Shown: in pieces, positions 44,575 through 53,857 of the stretch
Numbering within the stretch: the first letter of the stretch is position 1
Layout of the letters: each line of letters opens with the position of its first letter
DNA from: a virus
Direction: 5' to 3' (one strand)
IMG/VR virus record: IMGVR_UViG_3300028908_000009
Span: 2,786-66,785 of that record
Length of the DNA: 64,000 nt
Translations under genes and position numbers: made by a program
The notes under the pieces: generated by a model
What the model saw: only the letters and a program-made list of their open reading frames with translations
The model's database searches: none
What the model was told of the DNA's origin: nothing

Positions 44575-45206
44575 ACGTTGTTCTTGCTTGCGATGCTCCA
44601 TATTTGCCGGTGATCCCTACGGAGAATCGGACGGTTCGACCGGAGTTTGAGGAAATCCGGAACGTGTTGATGGAGTGGCCGGAAGCCTTCGGTGCGAAGC
44701 TGCGAGACGGCCTCTTCGTGTTCAAGGACCAGCACGCGGCGGGATTCCTCGGAAAGATTCATGCGGCAGAGAAGGACGAGCAGGCCAGGAACAGGCTGGC
44801 GGACTACGCGGCAGGGTACGTTTTCCGGCCGATGCCGGAGCCGCGAGGGCGGAAGAAGAAGGGAAAGGTTTGGGTCGCCCACGACGGCGAGGTCTTCGTG
44901 CGGTTCGTCGGGCGTGGGGAGCGAAGGACCATCCACTTCCCGCATTCGATGCTGAAGGAGTACCCGACGACGCTTCGACGGGCAGGCATCCGGCTCGTTC
45001 CGTACCTTGTGCCGGGGTTCGTGCCGGGAGACCGGTTCTTCTGCTTCGTCGCAAGGGTCTACCGATGGGACGGGGAGGACGAGGTGAAGGCGGAGACGCT
45101 TGTTCCCCCCTGGGCCTGTGATAGGGAAAACCCGGAGAGGCTCACGCCGTGGTTGCTCGGGTGGGCAGCAGCGCGGGATGCCCGCGAGAAGGAGGTGGAA
45201 AAGTGA
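44571..45206 (+). CDS. Hypothetical protein
   Basis: AAGGAGG RBS, ATGA overlap. Confidence 0.75.
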   Translation: MNVVLACDAPYLPVIPTENRTVRPEFEEIRNVLMEWPEAFGAKLRDGLFVFKDQHAAGFLGKIHAAEKDEQARNRLADYAAGYVFRPMPEPRGRKKKGKVWVAHDGEVFVRFVGRGERRTIHFPHSMLKEYPTTLRRAGIRLVPYLVPGFVPGDRFFCFVARVYRWDGEDEVKAETLVPPWACDRENPERLTPWLLGWAAARDAREKEVEK

Positions 45207-45658
45207 AGACGGAGATGGTGAAGGCTGCCGGGGCGGTCGTGGACGCCTGCCGGAAGAGCGGGGACGTGGAGGAAGTGCTGCGCTCCATGCAAACGTTGCT
45301 GGGTGTGGTCCGGGACCGCTGGCGGGTGCCCGTCCTGCTGCGACGGCGGCGAGAGGTCCGAACGCTGGACCACGTGCTCAGCGACGGGGTGCGCGAGGAC
45401 GCCGTCCAGGCGCTGCTCGCGCTGCTGTACGGAACGGCGACGGACGACGTGCGAATCCTGGAACCGAGGGGGCCGGACAAGGGCATTGCCGTCTGCATGG
45501 CCTGCGGGCTGGTCGGGAAGTGCGACGAGCTGAAGGCCGGGGGATGGCCGGGTGGCGAGAACGTGAAGCTGCCGAAGCTGAAGCTGGTTTGCAAAGACTC
45601 GTGGTTCTGCGAGCGGTGCGCCTGCGAGCTGATGCAGGATCGGGAGGAATGGCGTTAG
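45203..45658 (+). CDS. Hypothetical Cys-rich protein
   Basis: AAGGAGG RBS; CMAC..CERC. Confidence 0.7.
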   Translation: MKTEMVKAAGAVVDACRKSGDVEEVLRSMQTLLGVVRDRWRVPVLLRRRREVRTLDHVLSDGVREDAVQALLALLYGTATDDVRILEPRGPDKGIAVCMACGLVGKCDELKAGGWPGGENVKLPKLKLVCKDSWFCERCACELMQDREEWR

Positions 45659-45693
45659 TTTCAGCGTCTGCTGACGGCGAAGGAGGACGAAGA

Positions 45694-45951
45694 ATGAGCG
45701 TGAAAGGCAGCAGAGTAACGAGGGAGTGTGCTCTGTTCGGTCAGGCATTCACCCACGTCTTGCAGGGGCGCGAGTCGATAGGGGCTGCCGAGCTGGCCCT
45801 TGAGAGGATGCAAGAGGAGGAGTACGTGGTCAAGATCAGCGATCGGCTGATCGAGCTGGCAGAGGAGGCTCGCGTGGCGGTGGACAGGCTCGACAGGGCA
45901 ATGAGAAAGATCTGGTGGGAGCTGTTGAAGGTGGAGGAGGGCGAGGAATGA
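45694..45951 (+). CDS. Hypothetical coiled-coil protein
   Basis: AAGGAGG RBS. Confidence 0.65.
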   Translation: MSVKGSRVTRECALFGQAFTHVLQGRESIGAAELALERMQEEEYVVKISDRLIELAEEARVAVDRLDRAMRKIWWELLKVEEGEE

Positions 45952-46355
45952 AGGAGTGGGCATTGTGGGATGGCGAGGAGTGGACGAGCGTTCCGAAGCC
46001 CATGCTGGCGGGCGGGGGCTGGCGGTGGGAGTCGCTGGTGGTCTGGGCCGTGGGAGTGGCACTCCAGATCGGACCGAGAAAAGAGCCCGGATGGACGTGG
46101 ATCTTTCGGAAGGAAGGGGATGCCGTCCCGGTGTACGGGTTTCTTTGGAAGTGGGCCAGGTTGCAGGTGCCCTCGATCATCGCCGAGGTGAGGGTCGGCG
46201 GGACCGTCTGGCCGGTGGCGAAGTACGCCGCGCAAGGCACTTACCTGGTCGAGGCCGCAGTGGTCTGGATGGATCGGGACGAGAACATGATTGCCGAGCG
46301 GCTCATGCGGTGGAACGAGCTGCCGCTCGCGGGAGCGGGAGAGGCGGAAGAATGA
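45948..46355 (+). CDS. Hypothetical Trp-rich protein
   Basis: ATGA overlap. Confidence 0.7.
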   Translation: MKEWALWDGEEWTSVPKPMLAGGGWRWESLVVWAVGVALQIGPRKEPGWTWIFRKEGDAVPVYGFLWKWARLQVPSIIAEVRVGGTVWPVAKYAAQGTYLVEAAVVWMDRDENMIAERLMRWNELPLAGAGEAEE

Positions 46356-46831
46356 GCGGTCGGGTAGTCGTGCAAGTGGTGAACATCATGCCCTACCCGG
46401 ACACCCGAATCCGGGGCTCGGAGGACACCGCCGGCTGGATCGAGCTTCCCGCCCAGGCACTCGGTGAAGATGCCGTTCCGAGGTTCGAGGTCGAGGCCGT
46501 CAAGGTGGGTGAGGTGCTCGTTGCCGGGGAGCCGGGGCAGGCGTACCGGCTCGACGTGGAGGCGGAAAGGGTCGCCCGGAGATGGGGAGTGCCGAAACCG
46601 AAGCCGGGCGTTCTCTACCTTGTCGAGCAGGAAGTGGCGGAAGCCATGCCGGACAGGCCGGACCTGGTATTCCCCAGGGGACCCGTCTACTGGGGTCCGC
46701 CCTGGTATCCGCCGGACGAGGATGGACCGCCCGTCCCCGTGCGGTCGGTCGAAGGGTATACCGCCCTCGGGACCGTGGTCTCCGAGGGGTGGCGGGAAAG
46801 GCTGTTGCGGCTGTGGGGAAGGAACGAATGA
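46352..46831 (+). CDS. Paralogue of 39178..39585
   Basis: PKPGVLYLV..AEAMPDRPDLVFP..ALGT..L.RLW. Confidence 0.75.
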   Translation: MSGRVVVQVVNIMPYPDTRIRGSEDTAGWIELPAQALGEDAVPRFEVEAVKVGEVLVAGEPGQAYRLDVEAERVARRWGVPKPKPGVLYLVEQEVAEAMPDRPDLVFPRGPVYWGPPWYPPDEDGPPVPVRSVEGYTALGTVVSEGWRERLLRLWGRNE

Positions 46832-46873
46832 ACACGTGCCGGCCGGAGGGTCGGCGGAAAGGGAGGTCGAGCG

Positions 46874-47212
46874 ATGAGCGTAAGGAAGAAGCGGGAACGG
46901 AAGGAGTGGACGGAGTTCGTCGAGAAGATCCGGGACGAGCTGGGGCTGCACATCCGGGCCGTGGACACGGTGACGTACAAGGACGGGCGGAAGGCGTACC
47001 TGTACCGCGTCACCGGGCCGGACGGGACCGTCCTGGCCGACGGGCTGCGAAGCGGTACGGTCCGGCCGTGGGTGGACGGGTACAGGACCGGTAAGGGGCG
47101 GCAGGAGCCCGGGGAGCGGGCGAAGCTGGATCGGCAGGCCATCATCCGCTTCCTCGCCCGCGAGGGCGCGTGGAAGCTGCTGGGAGAGCTGGAGGAAGGA
47201 GGGGAAGGATGA
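46874..47212 (+). CDS. Hypothetical protein
   Basis: GGAGG RBS. Confidence 0.7.
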   Translation: MSVRKKRERKEWTEFVEKIRDELGLHIRAVDTVTYKDGRKAYLYRVTGPDGTVLADGLRSGTVRPWVDGYRTGKGRQEPGERAKLDRQAIIRFLAREGAWKLLGELEEGGEG

Positions 47213-47589
47213 GAGGCGGACCGGATTCCTGCGCCGGGTGCGGCGTCGAGCTGGACGTGGAGCCGTACCGGCTGGTCGTGCTGCGGGCGGTCGTCCAGGA
47301 GGACGGCTTCACCAGGTACGAGCGGCGGGTGGAGCCCGAGCGCTACTGCTCCCGGGAGTGCGCGCAGGCTGTGGCGGAAGAGCTGCGGACCCCCTGCGAG
47401 GTGCGGGCGCTCGTCCTGCCAGAGAAGGAGGCCGAGGGGACCGACAGGACCGCCGTCTGGGTCCCGCCCCGGAGGCCGCCCTTCGTGGCGGAAGAGTTCC
47501 CCGAGTTCTTCGACCCGGCCATGCTGAACGAACCGCCGCCCTGGTGGGAGCCGGAGGTCGAGGTTGAAGAGGAGGACAGCGATGGGTGA
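47209..47589 (+). CDS. Zn-finger (TRASH-like) protein
   Basis: CAGC...YCSREC. Confidence 0.7.
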   Translation: MRGGPDSCAGCGVELDVEPYRLVVLRAVVQEDGFTRYERRVEPERYCSRECAQAVAEELRTPCEVRALVLPEKEAEGTDRTAVWVPPRRPPFVAEEFPEFFDPAMLNEPPPWWEPEVEVEEEDSDG

Positions 47590-48286
47590 GACGGGGCTGG
47601 TGAGCGGACCGGCGGAGGCCCTCCGCTGGATGGGAGCGGCGCTGTGGCTGGGCACGATCAGCGCCGAGATGGGGCTGCCGGGGAGCAACCCGGAGCTCAT
47701 CTACGTGCTAGAGCAGACACACGCGCCGATGGCGGAGGCCGTCCCCGCCTTCGCGTGGGCCTGGATTCGGGCACAGGGGCCGGAAGGTGGAGAGCGGGAG
47801 ATGCGGCGGTGGCTCACCACGGAGATGCTGACCGGAGCCCGAGGGTTGAACATCGTCTACTCCGCGTCTGCGGGGAAGCGGAAGAAGATCGCCGAGGACG
47901 TGAGGAAGCTCATCCTGCCCCCCGCCATCGCTATGGGCGCGGTGTGCCTCCTGCTGGGGCTGGGCGAGGGTCGGCTGGAGCTGACGGGCGAGGAGGCGGG
48001 GCGGCCGCCCGGTGGCTACGCGAAGGGGCTGATGGAGTCGGCGTACTGGCGGATGCTGGCGGCCGCCGACGACGAGCGGCGGCGGACGTTCGAGGAGCTC
48101 CAGGCAACCGTCGATGGGATCCTCAGGAACGCCGAGGAGAGCGAGGGCAAGCGGGAGTCGATCGCCCGCGCGCTGGTCGCTACGCACTACGTTCTCGCCA
48201 TGCCCAAGGTGTCCGCCCTGGCTGTGGAGGGGCTGTGGACGATGCCTGTGGGCACACTTGTGGAAATGCGGAGGAGGGATCCGTGA
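47582..48286 (+). CDS. Hypothetical protein
   Basis: GGAGG RBS. Confidence 0.7.
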   Translation: MGETGLVSGPAEALRWMGAALWLGTISAEMGLPGSNPELIYVLEQTHAPMAEAVPAFAWAWIRAQGPEGGEREMRRWLTTEMLTGARGLNIVYSASAGKRKKIAEDVRKLILPPAIAMGAVCLLLGLGEGRLELTGEEAGRPPGGYAKGLMESAYWRMLAAADDERRRTFEELQATVDGILRNAEESEGKRESIARALVATHYVLAMPKVSALAVEGLWTMPVGTLVEMRRRDP

Positions 48287-48642
48287 GCAAGTGGTTGGAT
48301 GTAGAGGAGGTTGCGCGGATGTTCGGGGTGTCGGTCCGAACGGTCCGCCGATGGGCCCGAGAGGGCCGAGTGGACGCCGCGAAGGAACCGGCCGAGGGCC
48401 GACCGGGGCCGGCCCGGTGGAAAGTCCGGGTCCCCGAGGATGGCGTGCCGGATCGCCGGCGGGTCCTCGGGCCGCCCGACGAGCGGGCCGTCGAACGGGC
48501 CCGGGAGCTGGGCCTGGAGGCCGTCGAGGTGGAGGGCCTGGGCGTCCGGATCTTCCACGAGGACGAGCTGTTAGACACCGTGAAACGGTGGGCGGACGTG
48601 GGGCCCTGGCTGGCCGGCTGGGCGGCCCGGGGACGGCGATGA
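48283..48642 (+). CDS. MerR/excisionase-type HTH protein
   Basis: WLDVEEVARMFGVSVRTVRRWAREG. Confidence 0.85.
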   Translation: MSKWLDVEEVARMFGVSVRTVRRWAREGRVDAAKEPAEGRPGPARWKVRVPEDGVPDRRRVLGPPDERAVERARELGLEAVEVEGLGVRIFHEDELLDTVKRWADVGPWLAGWAARGRR

Positions 48643-48812
48643 TCGGGGCCCGGTTGGTGGGGCTTTTCCTGCTCGCCCTCGCAGGCGCAGCAGGACGCCT
48701 CCTGTGGCGTCTTGGGCGGCGGGAAGGCCCTGGGCTTCTGTATGTGCATCCGTGGGAACAGGGGCCCGCTCGTGGCGCGAGACGGGGCCGTCGAAAGGAG
48801 GTGGAGGAATGA
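48639..48812 (+). CDS. Small membrane protein
   Basis: ATGA overlaps at both ends; hydrophobic N-terminus. Confidence 0.5.
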   Translation: MIGARLVGLFLLALAGAAGRLLWRLGRREGPGLLYVHPWEQGPARGARRGRRKEVEE

Positions 48813-49114
48813 CCGACGTGAAGGTGAAGAGCCGGGTCCGCTGGTGGGGTGGAGAAGACTCCGCCGGCTGCTCGTGGAAGGTCTGGCTGGAGGACCCCGA
48901 GGGCCGGGAGCTGGGCCTGGTCGAGGAGGGCCGGAAGACGTTCCCGGTGCCCGACTGGGATACGCCCGAGGGAGTGAAGCGATGGGCCCAGCGGTGGGCC
49001 CTGCGGCGGGCTCAGGGGGCCCTCCTGAGGTTGGCCCAGTCCGCCATGCAGGAGGCCCACCGGGTGCTGTGGGAGTACGGCGACGTGAAGGAGGGCGAGG
49101 AATGTACCCCGTGA
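48809..49114 (+). CDS. Hypothetical protein
   Basis: GGAGG RBS. Confidence 0.7.
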   Translation: MTDVKVKSRVRWWGGEDSAGCSWKVWLEDPEGRELGLVEEGRKTFPVPDWDTPEGVKRWAQRWALRRAQGALLRLAQSAMQEAHRVLWEYGDVKEGEECTP

Positions 49115-49404
49115 AGCGCCCGCAGGCGGCGGCGGACGTGGAGCCGAATGCGTTCGTCGCCCTCTGGCGGGAGGACGGCGAGTGGGTGGCCCGGGTGGAG
49201 TTCGGGCTGTGGGACCTGGAGCGACAGGCGGAGCTGCCGCTGGGCGTGGCGGAGTTCCGGGCCGCCCGCCCGGGGGAGGCCGTGCGGGAAGCCCGCCGGC
49301 GGGCGGGCCAGGCGGTGCGCTGGATCCGGCGGTTGCTCCACGAGCTGGAGGCCCAGGTGCAGGACAAGCCCCCCAGAGAGCTCTCGGAGCCGCCCGACGC
49401 CTGA
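49102..49404 (+). CDS. Hypothetical protein
   Basis: GGAGG RBS. Confidence 0.65.
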   Translation: MYPVKRPQAAADVEPNAFVALWREDGEWVARVEFGLWDLERQAELPLGVAEFRAARPGEAVREARRRAGQAVRWIRRLLHELEAQVQDKPPRELSEPPDA

Positions 49405-49415
49405 CCGGCAAAAGT

Positions 49416-49448
49416 GAGGGCCGCCGGCTGGGGGATCCGGCGGCCCTC
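49416..49448. terminator. 12-bp stem-loop after early operon
   Basis: GAGGGCCGCCGG / CCGGCGGCCCTC with A-run on 5' side. Confidence 0.5.
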
Positions 49449-49549
49449 GGACGGAGCTGGTTGGGGGTGGAAAGGGAAGGTGCCACCATCCTGCCACGGG
49501 GGCCCAGGCGGTTCAAGGGGCCGGCGGCGACGTTCTCCGGTGACCAGCC

Positions 49550-49890
49550 GTGGAGCCGAGCGGAGCGAGGCGAGACGGCGTTGGATGGCCGAAGGCCCTC
49601 CTCTCCCCTATCCCTCTCCCCCCCTAAAGGGGGGAGAGGGATAGAGGGGGCGACTGAAAAATCTTCGGCCTTTGTTTTCAACGACTTGCGCGCTCAACGC
49701 ACCCCGTGGTCGCATATAATGTCCCCCAAACCGAACGTAAGCCGAAGGCCACCTAACGCCCAGGAAACGCTTCGTTTAGCGCCGCCCCCCGCCAGGTTAG
49801 TTTCGGCTTACGTTTGATTTGGGGGACGTTATGGCCAACCGGGGGACAAAATAACGTCCCCCAAATCGAGGTAAGCCGGCCCCTTTTTTT
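49550..49890. other. Putative replication origin
   Basis: 16-bp perfect hairpin, three ~29-bp iteron-like repeats, AT-rich patches, adjacent to helicase. Confidence 0.6.
49716..49878. repeat. Three ~29-bp repeats ATAAyGTCCCCCAAAyC..GTAAGCCG (+,-,+)
   Basis: Copies at about 49716, 49803-49831 (inverted) and 49851. Confidence 0.85.
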
Positions 49891-49931
49891 GAAAGAAATC
49901 AGGCGTTCGACCGTTTACGCCGAACGCCTGA
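49884..49931 (-). terminator. Rho-independent terminator of XRE-helicase operon
   Basis: TCAGGCGTTCG/CGAACGCCTGA stem then TTTCTTTC on minus strand, just past the stop at 49947. Confidence 0.6.
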
Positions 49932-49946
49932 CTGGTGAGGCAGGAT

Positions 49947-51422
49947 TTACTCCTCCTCTGGCGGCGGTAGCCAGTAGACCGGCCGGTCCTTCCGGCGCAG
50001 GAGCTGGCCGGTTGCGGTGAGGTGGTCGAGGGTCGCCCGGATGACGGCCGGGTCCTCGTCGAGGTAGCTCTCGATCTGCCGCCGGCTGACCCGCCCCTTC
50101 GAGTCCGCATGGACCTCCGGTGGAGGTTCCGCCACGAGCCGCAGGATCGTCTCCGCGAGGTCCTTCCGCTGCCTGGCCCCGGAAGCCATGCTCGGCAACG
50201 CGAGGGCGGCAGGGGGCACGAGGCGCAGCGAGAGGGGCCCGTCCGGGCTCCGGTGGCCGTGCAGACGGAGCACGAGGGGCGGAGGAGTCGGACCCTCCCG
50301 CAGCTTGGCCCACGAGAGCTTCCGGACGGGCTGGTCCTCTTCCTCCCCGGGAAGGCGTCCCTCCTTCTGCTCGACCTGGAGGAGCATGGCCGCATCGACG
50401 GCCCCGACGATGTCGGCCCCGGCGATGTCGTCCTGCACCCCGAGGCGGCGCTTCTCCCCGGGCGGCATCTTCCGGGTGTGGTGGAGGAACATCACGGCGC
50501 AGCCGTAGGTGGCAACGAGCGGGTAGACGTGCTGGTGGAAGAACTGGCGGGTAGCGGCGGCGTCCACCTCCGAGCCCGTGCGGACGGCCCGGAGGGAGTC
50601 GATCACGAGCAGGTCCGGCCGGATGTCGGCCAGGGTCTCGTGCAGGCGGGAAACCCAGTCCCGCGAGCGGAAGCTGAAGCCCTGCCTGGGCTTCGTCCAC
50701 CAGAACGTCCGGCCGACTACCTCGTCCAGCTTGACGCCCATGCCCCGGGCGAGCCGGAGCAGCCGGCCGGCGGCCTTGTGCGGGTGCTGTTCCTCGTCCA
50801 CCAGGAGGACCCGGACGGGCCGCTCCGGCCCCAGCCAGGCCCCCAGCGGGTTGGCGTCACCGACGGCCAGGGAGAGGGCCAGGGATGCCGCCAGGAGGCT
50901 CTTCCCGGCGGCCGGTTCCCCAGCCAGGACGAGGATGTCCCCCCGGGCCACCAGCCCCTCGACGAGCCAGGTAGGTCGGGGCATCTCCAGCGGCGGGTCG
51001 TCGATCGCCATTCCCCGGCTAGCCGCCGATCCCCGTGGCAGGCGGGCCAGCCGCTCCAGCACCTCGTCGTCGAACGGGTTTTCGGCCAGCTTCTCGACCA
51101 GGGTCAGCCGCTCGTGCTTCCGCAGCAGCACCCCCACCGACCGGGCCAGGTAGGCGGGATCCTTCGGGACGAACCCGTCCAGCCGGCGGGACAGCTCCAG
51201 CATGTCCTTGTCGGACAGGTTCGCCTCGTCCCGCAGGCGTTCGATCGTGATCGGCTCCCCACGTCGGGCGAGGGCGAGGATGGCCCGCCACACCCGGGCG
51301 GGGAGGCCGATCAATGGTGGAACTTCAATCCATGCCTCCGGAGAGACCTCCCCACTCAATAGGCAGGTCGTCGATAGTTCCCAGACCCGCTCCCCCAGCG
51401 TCTCCAGCAACCTCGTCCTCAT
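49947..51422 (-). CDS. RepA/AAA_25-type replicative helicase
   Basis: WLVEGL..GEPAAGKS, LLVDEE, LLVIDSL, HHTRK, K.R. Confidence 0.88.
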   Translation of the reverse strand: MRTRLLETLGERVWELSTTCLLSGEVSPEAWIEVPPLIGLPARVWRAILALARRGEPITIERLRDEANLSDKDMLELSRRLDGFVPKDPAYLARSVGVLLRKHERLTLVEKLAENPFDDEVLERLARLPRGSAASRGMAIDDPPLEMPRPTWLVEGLVARGDILVLAGEPAAGKSLLAASLALSLAVGDANPLGAWLGPERPVRVLLVDEEQHPHKAAGRLLRLARGMGVKLDEVVGRTFWWTKPRQGFSFRSRDWVSRLHETLADIRPDLLVIDSLRAVRTGSEVDAAATRQFFHQHVYPLVATYGCAVMFLHHTRKMPPGEKRRLGVQDDIAGADIVGAVDAAMLLQVEQKEGRLPGEEEDQPVRKLSWAKLREGPTPPPLVLRLHGHRSPDGPLSLRLVPPAALALPSMASGARQRKDLAETILRLVAEPPPEVHADSKGRVSRRQIESYLDEDPAVIRATLDHLTATGQLLRRKDRPVYWLPPPEEE

Positions 51423-51909
51423 CGTCCACCTCGTCTTCCGAGACCTTCTCCGGGCGGCCCGTCGGTGTCGGCGGCAGGCCGAGCTGCTCCCGCTTGCGGC
51501 GACACATCTCCGCTACGCTCAGCCCTTCCTCCACCCACTTCCAGTAGTCCTCCACCCACTCCCGCTTGACCGTTCGCGGAGAGCCGGCCCGGACGTGCAG
51601 GCGGTTCTCGCCCTGGAGCCGCTGGATCAGCGCCTGCTCGAACTCGTGCAGCTCGTCGAGCGAGACGCCGACGCCCCGGGCGATGGCGACGATGGTGGAC
51701 CACTTCGGGGTCTGCATGACACCCCGTTCCAGCCGGGTGACGGTGTGGGAGGACCTCCCGGCCCGCAGGCCGACCTTCCGAATCGACAGGCCCTTCCGCA
51801 CCCGGAGGGCCCGGAGGATCATCGCCACCGGCGGCGGATCGTAGGGAAAGGTCGGATCCTTGGCGGGCCAAGTCCTGTGTTTGGCGTATTTGTCGTACCA
51901 CGCTGCCAT
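51325..51909 (-). CDS. XRE-family HTH regulator
   Basis: LR.RKGLS..V..LERG...P...I..IA...GV; AGGAGG RBS. Confidence 0.85.
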   Translation of the reverse strand: MAAWYDKYAKHRTWPAKDPTFPYDPPPVAMILRALRVRKGLSIRKVGLRAGRSSHTVTRLERGVMQTPKWSTIVAIARGVGVSLDELHEFEQALIQRLQGENRLHVRAGSPRTVKREWVEDYWKWVEEGLSVAEMCRRKREQLGLPPTPTGRPEKVSEDEVDDEDEVAGDAGGAGLGTIDDLPIEWGGLSGGMD

Positions 51910-51956
51910 GACAGCCTCCTTTTCGGGGACGCCTCAGCCTACGGGAAAAAAAGATC

Positions 51957-51985
51957 TTGCACCAGGTGCCCCCTCGGCGTACACT
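51957..51985 (+). promoter_or_regulatory. sigma70-type promoter with UP element
   Basis: A7 run then TTGCAC-N17-TACACT. Confidence 0.75.
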
Positions 51986-52014
51986 CCCAACGTCGTCGAG
52001 TGGAGGAGAAAAAA

Positions 52015-53106
52015 ATGAATCCCAGGAACGAGTCCAACCCCGCCTCTCCTGGCGGGCTCACCCTCCCCCCGGAACTGGCTCCCTTCGGCGGTCGCGGCCC
52101 GGCCCATCGGAAGGGTCTCAAGCTGCTGGTCTCCGGGCCGCCGAAGACCGGCAAGAGCTTCTTCGCCGCCCACGCCCCCCGGCCCCTCGTCGCCTTCGAT
52201 TGCGGCGAGGCCGGGATCCAGCCCTACCTCCAGCCGGACGACGTGTGGCTGGAAGTCACGGGGCCGGCGACGGCGAAGGCGGCCATCGACTGGGTGATGC
52301 AGCACGAGGACGAAATCGCCACCCTCGTGATCGACCCGGTGACTACCCTCTGGTCCGACTGGATGGACTACTGGGCGGCGAAGCTGGAGTCCGAGGGCAA
52401 GCTGAACGCCGACGGCCAGATCCACGTCGGGAGCTGGCGGAAGATCAAGGGGCCGTGGAAGAGGAACATCTTCTTCCCGCTCCAGCGCGCGCCCTTCCAC
52501 GTGATCCTGACCGCCTGGCCGAAGGAGCTGGAGATCAGCGAGGGCGACGCGCCCCCGGGGATCCGTGGCGGCCTCCAGATCAAGAAGGTTGCCGAGGCCC
52601 AGGTGGAGAAGACCCTGCGCTACCTCTACGACCTCTGGCTCCAGACGGGCGTCGAGCTGGACGAGCTGAACCGCCCCACGAGCCGCCATTGGATCCGGCT
52701 GGCCGGCGGGCGGCGGCCGATCACGGTCCCGCCGAGCGAGTTTTACACCGGTCGGGTCTGGCGTTTCGATGCCCGGAAGCCGGAAAATCCTTGGGAGAAG
52801 GTGGTCGGGCCGTGGCTCGACGCCTGGCAGAAGAGCCCGGCGGCCGTGGAGCACCTTGGCCCGCGCGATCCCGAGGAGGCCGCCGCCGCGATGGCGGAGA
52901 TGGTCGCCGAGGAGATCGAGGCCGAGGTCGGGCGCTTCATCACCGCCCTTGAGGAGGCCGAGACGTTGTCGAAGCTGCGCGACGTCTGGTCCAACATCGT
53001 GTCGGAATGGGCCGGGCTCGACGCCCGGCACAAGGCGGCCCTCGAACGGGCCAAGGACCGCCGCAAGGCGGAGCTTCAGAAGGCCGAGCAGGCCGGGAGG
53101 AAGTGA
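52015..53106 (+). CDS. AAA_24 / Sak4-like ATPase
   Basis: GPPKTGKS, TLVIDP, HVILTA; next to SSB. Confidence 0.85.
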   Translation: MNPRNESNPASPGGLTLPPELAPFGGRGPAHRKGLKLLVSGPPKTGKSFFAAHAPRPLVAFDCGEAGIQPYLQPDDVWLEVTGPATAKAAIDWVMQHEDEIATLVIDPVTTLWSDWMDYWAAKLESEGKLNADGQIHVGSWRKIKGPWKRNIFFPLQRAPFHVILTAWPKELEISEGDAPPGIRGGLQIKKVAEAQVEKTLRYLYDLWLQTGVELDELNRPTSRHWIRLAGGRRPITVPPSEFYTGRVWRFDARKPENPWEKVVGPWLDAWQKSPAAVEHLGPRDPEEAAAAMAEMVAEEIEAEVGRFITALEEAETLSKLRDVWSNIVSEWAGLDARHKAALERAKDRRKAELQKAEQAGRK

Positions 53107-53108
53107 TC

Positions 53109-53822
53109 GTGGGACGTCTTTCCGAGTTTCTCCAGAACCAGGGTTTCGATCCTGAGCAGGCTCCGGAGGAGCGGGCAGGCTTCGCCGAGCCGCCCACCGA
53201 CAAGTGGCTGCTCGTCCAGACGGCCCGGGACGGGGCCTGGGGTGCCCCGGAGGTCCGGCTCACCGCCAGCGGGCTGCCGCTGTTCAGTTGCACCTTCCGG
53301 GTGCTGGGAGCGGAGAAGGGCACGGATCGAGACGCCGCCGGCAGCTTCACCCGCCGATTCACCTGGTTCCTCGAACCCTACCAGGGAGAAGGCGCGGCCG
53401 GCTCGCCGCTCCAGGGTCCCTTCGTCGCCCTGCTGAACGCGCTGTTCAGCTCGGGCGTCGGTGACGGAATCGAGGACGGGAAGGAGCGGGCCAAGGCCCG
53501 GTGGCGGAACACCCTCACCGTGCTGGAGCAGATCGCCGAGCGGCACGGCGTGGACCCGGCGCAGTACGCCTCCCCGGCCCAGCTCTTCGGCGCGCTCGCC
53601 GCACTCGCCCTCCGCGAGCAGCCCCGAACCCTGCTTATGAAGTACCGGATGGTCTCCCGGACGAGGAAGAACGCCGACGGCAGCCGCGAGGCCGTGACCG
53701 ACGACAGCGGCCGGGCCATCCTCGATCCGCGCATCCAGCAGATCAAGGACGACACGACGGCGAACAGGGAGAAGCTGGGGATCGAGGTCTGGATCGAACC
53801 GGACGAGGAGATCCCCTTCTGA
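53109..53822 (+). CDS. ssDNA-binding protein-like
   Basis: Acidic C-terminus DEEIPF; follows Sak4-like gene (start could be 53103). Confidence 0.65.
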   Translation: MGRLSEFLQNQGFDPEQAPEERAGFAEPPTDKWLLVQTARDGAWGAPEVRLTASGLPLFSCTFRVLGAEKGTDRDAAGSFTRRFTWFLEPYQGEGAAGSPLQGPFVALLNALFSSGVGDGIEDGKERAKARWRNTLTVLEQIAERHGVDPAQYASPAQLFGALAALALREQPRTLLMKYRMVSRTRKNADGSREAVTDDSGRAILDPRIQQIKDDTTANREKLGIEVWIEPDEEIPF

Positions 53823-53857
53823 AGCATCGGCGCTCCTGCGCCGGAAAGGAGGACAAG

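Noticed and set aside
48283-51909. Lysogeny module
   Set aside because: HTH proteins are present but no integrase or att site is visible; lifestyle undetermined
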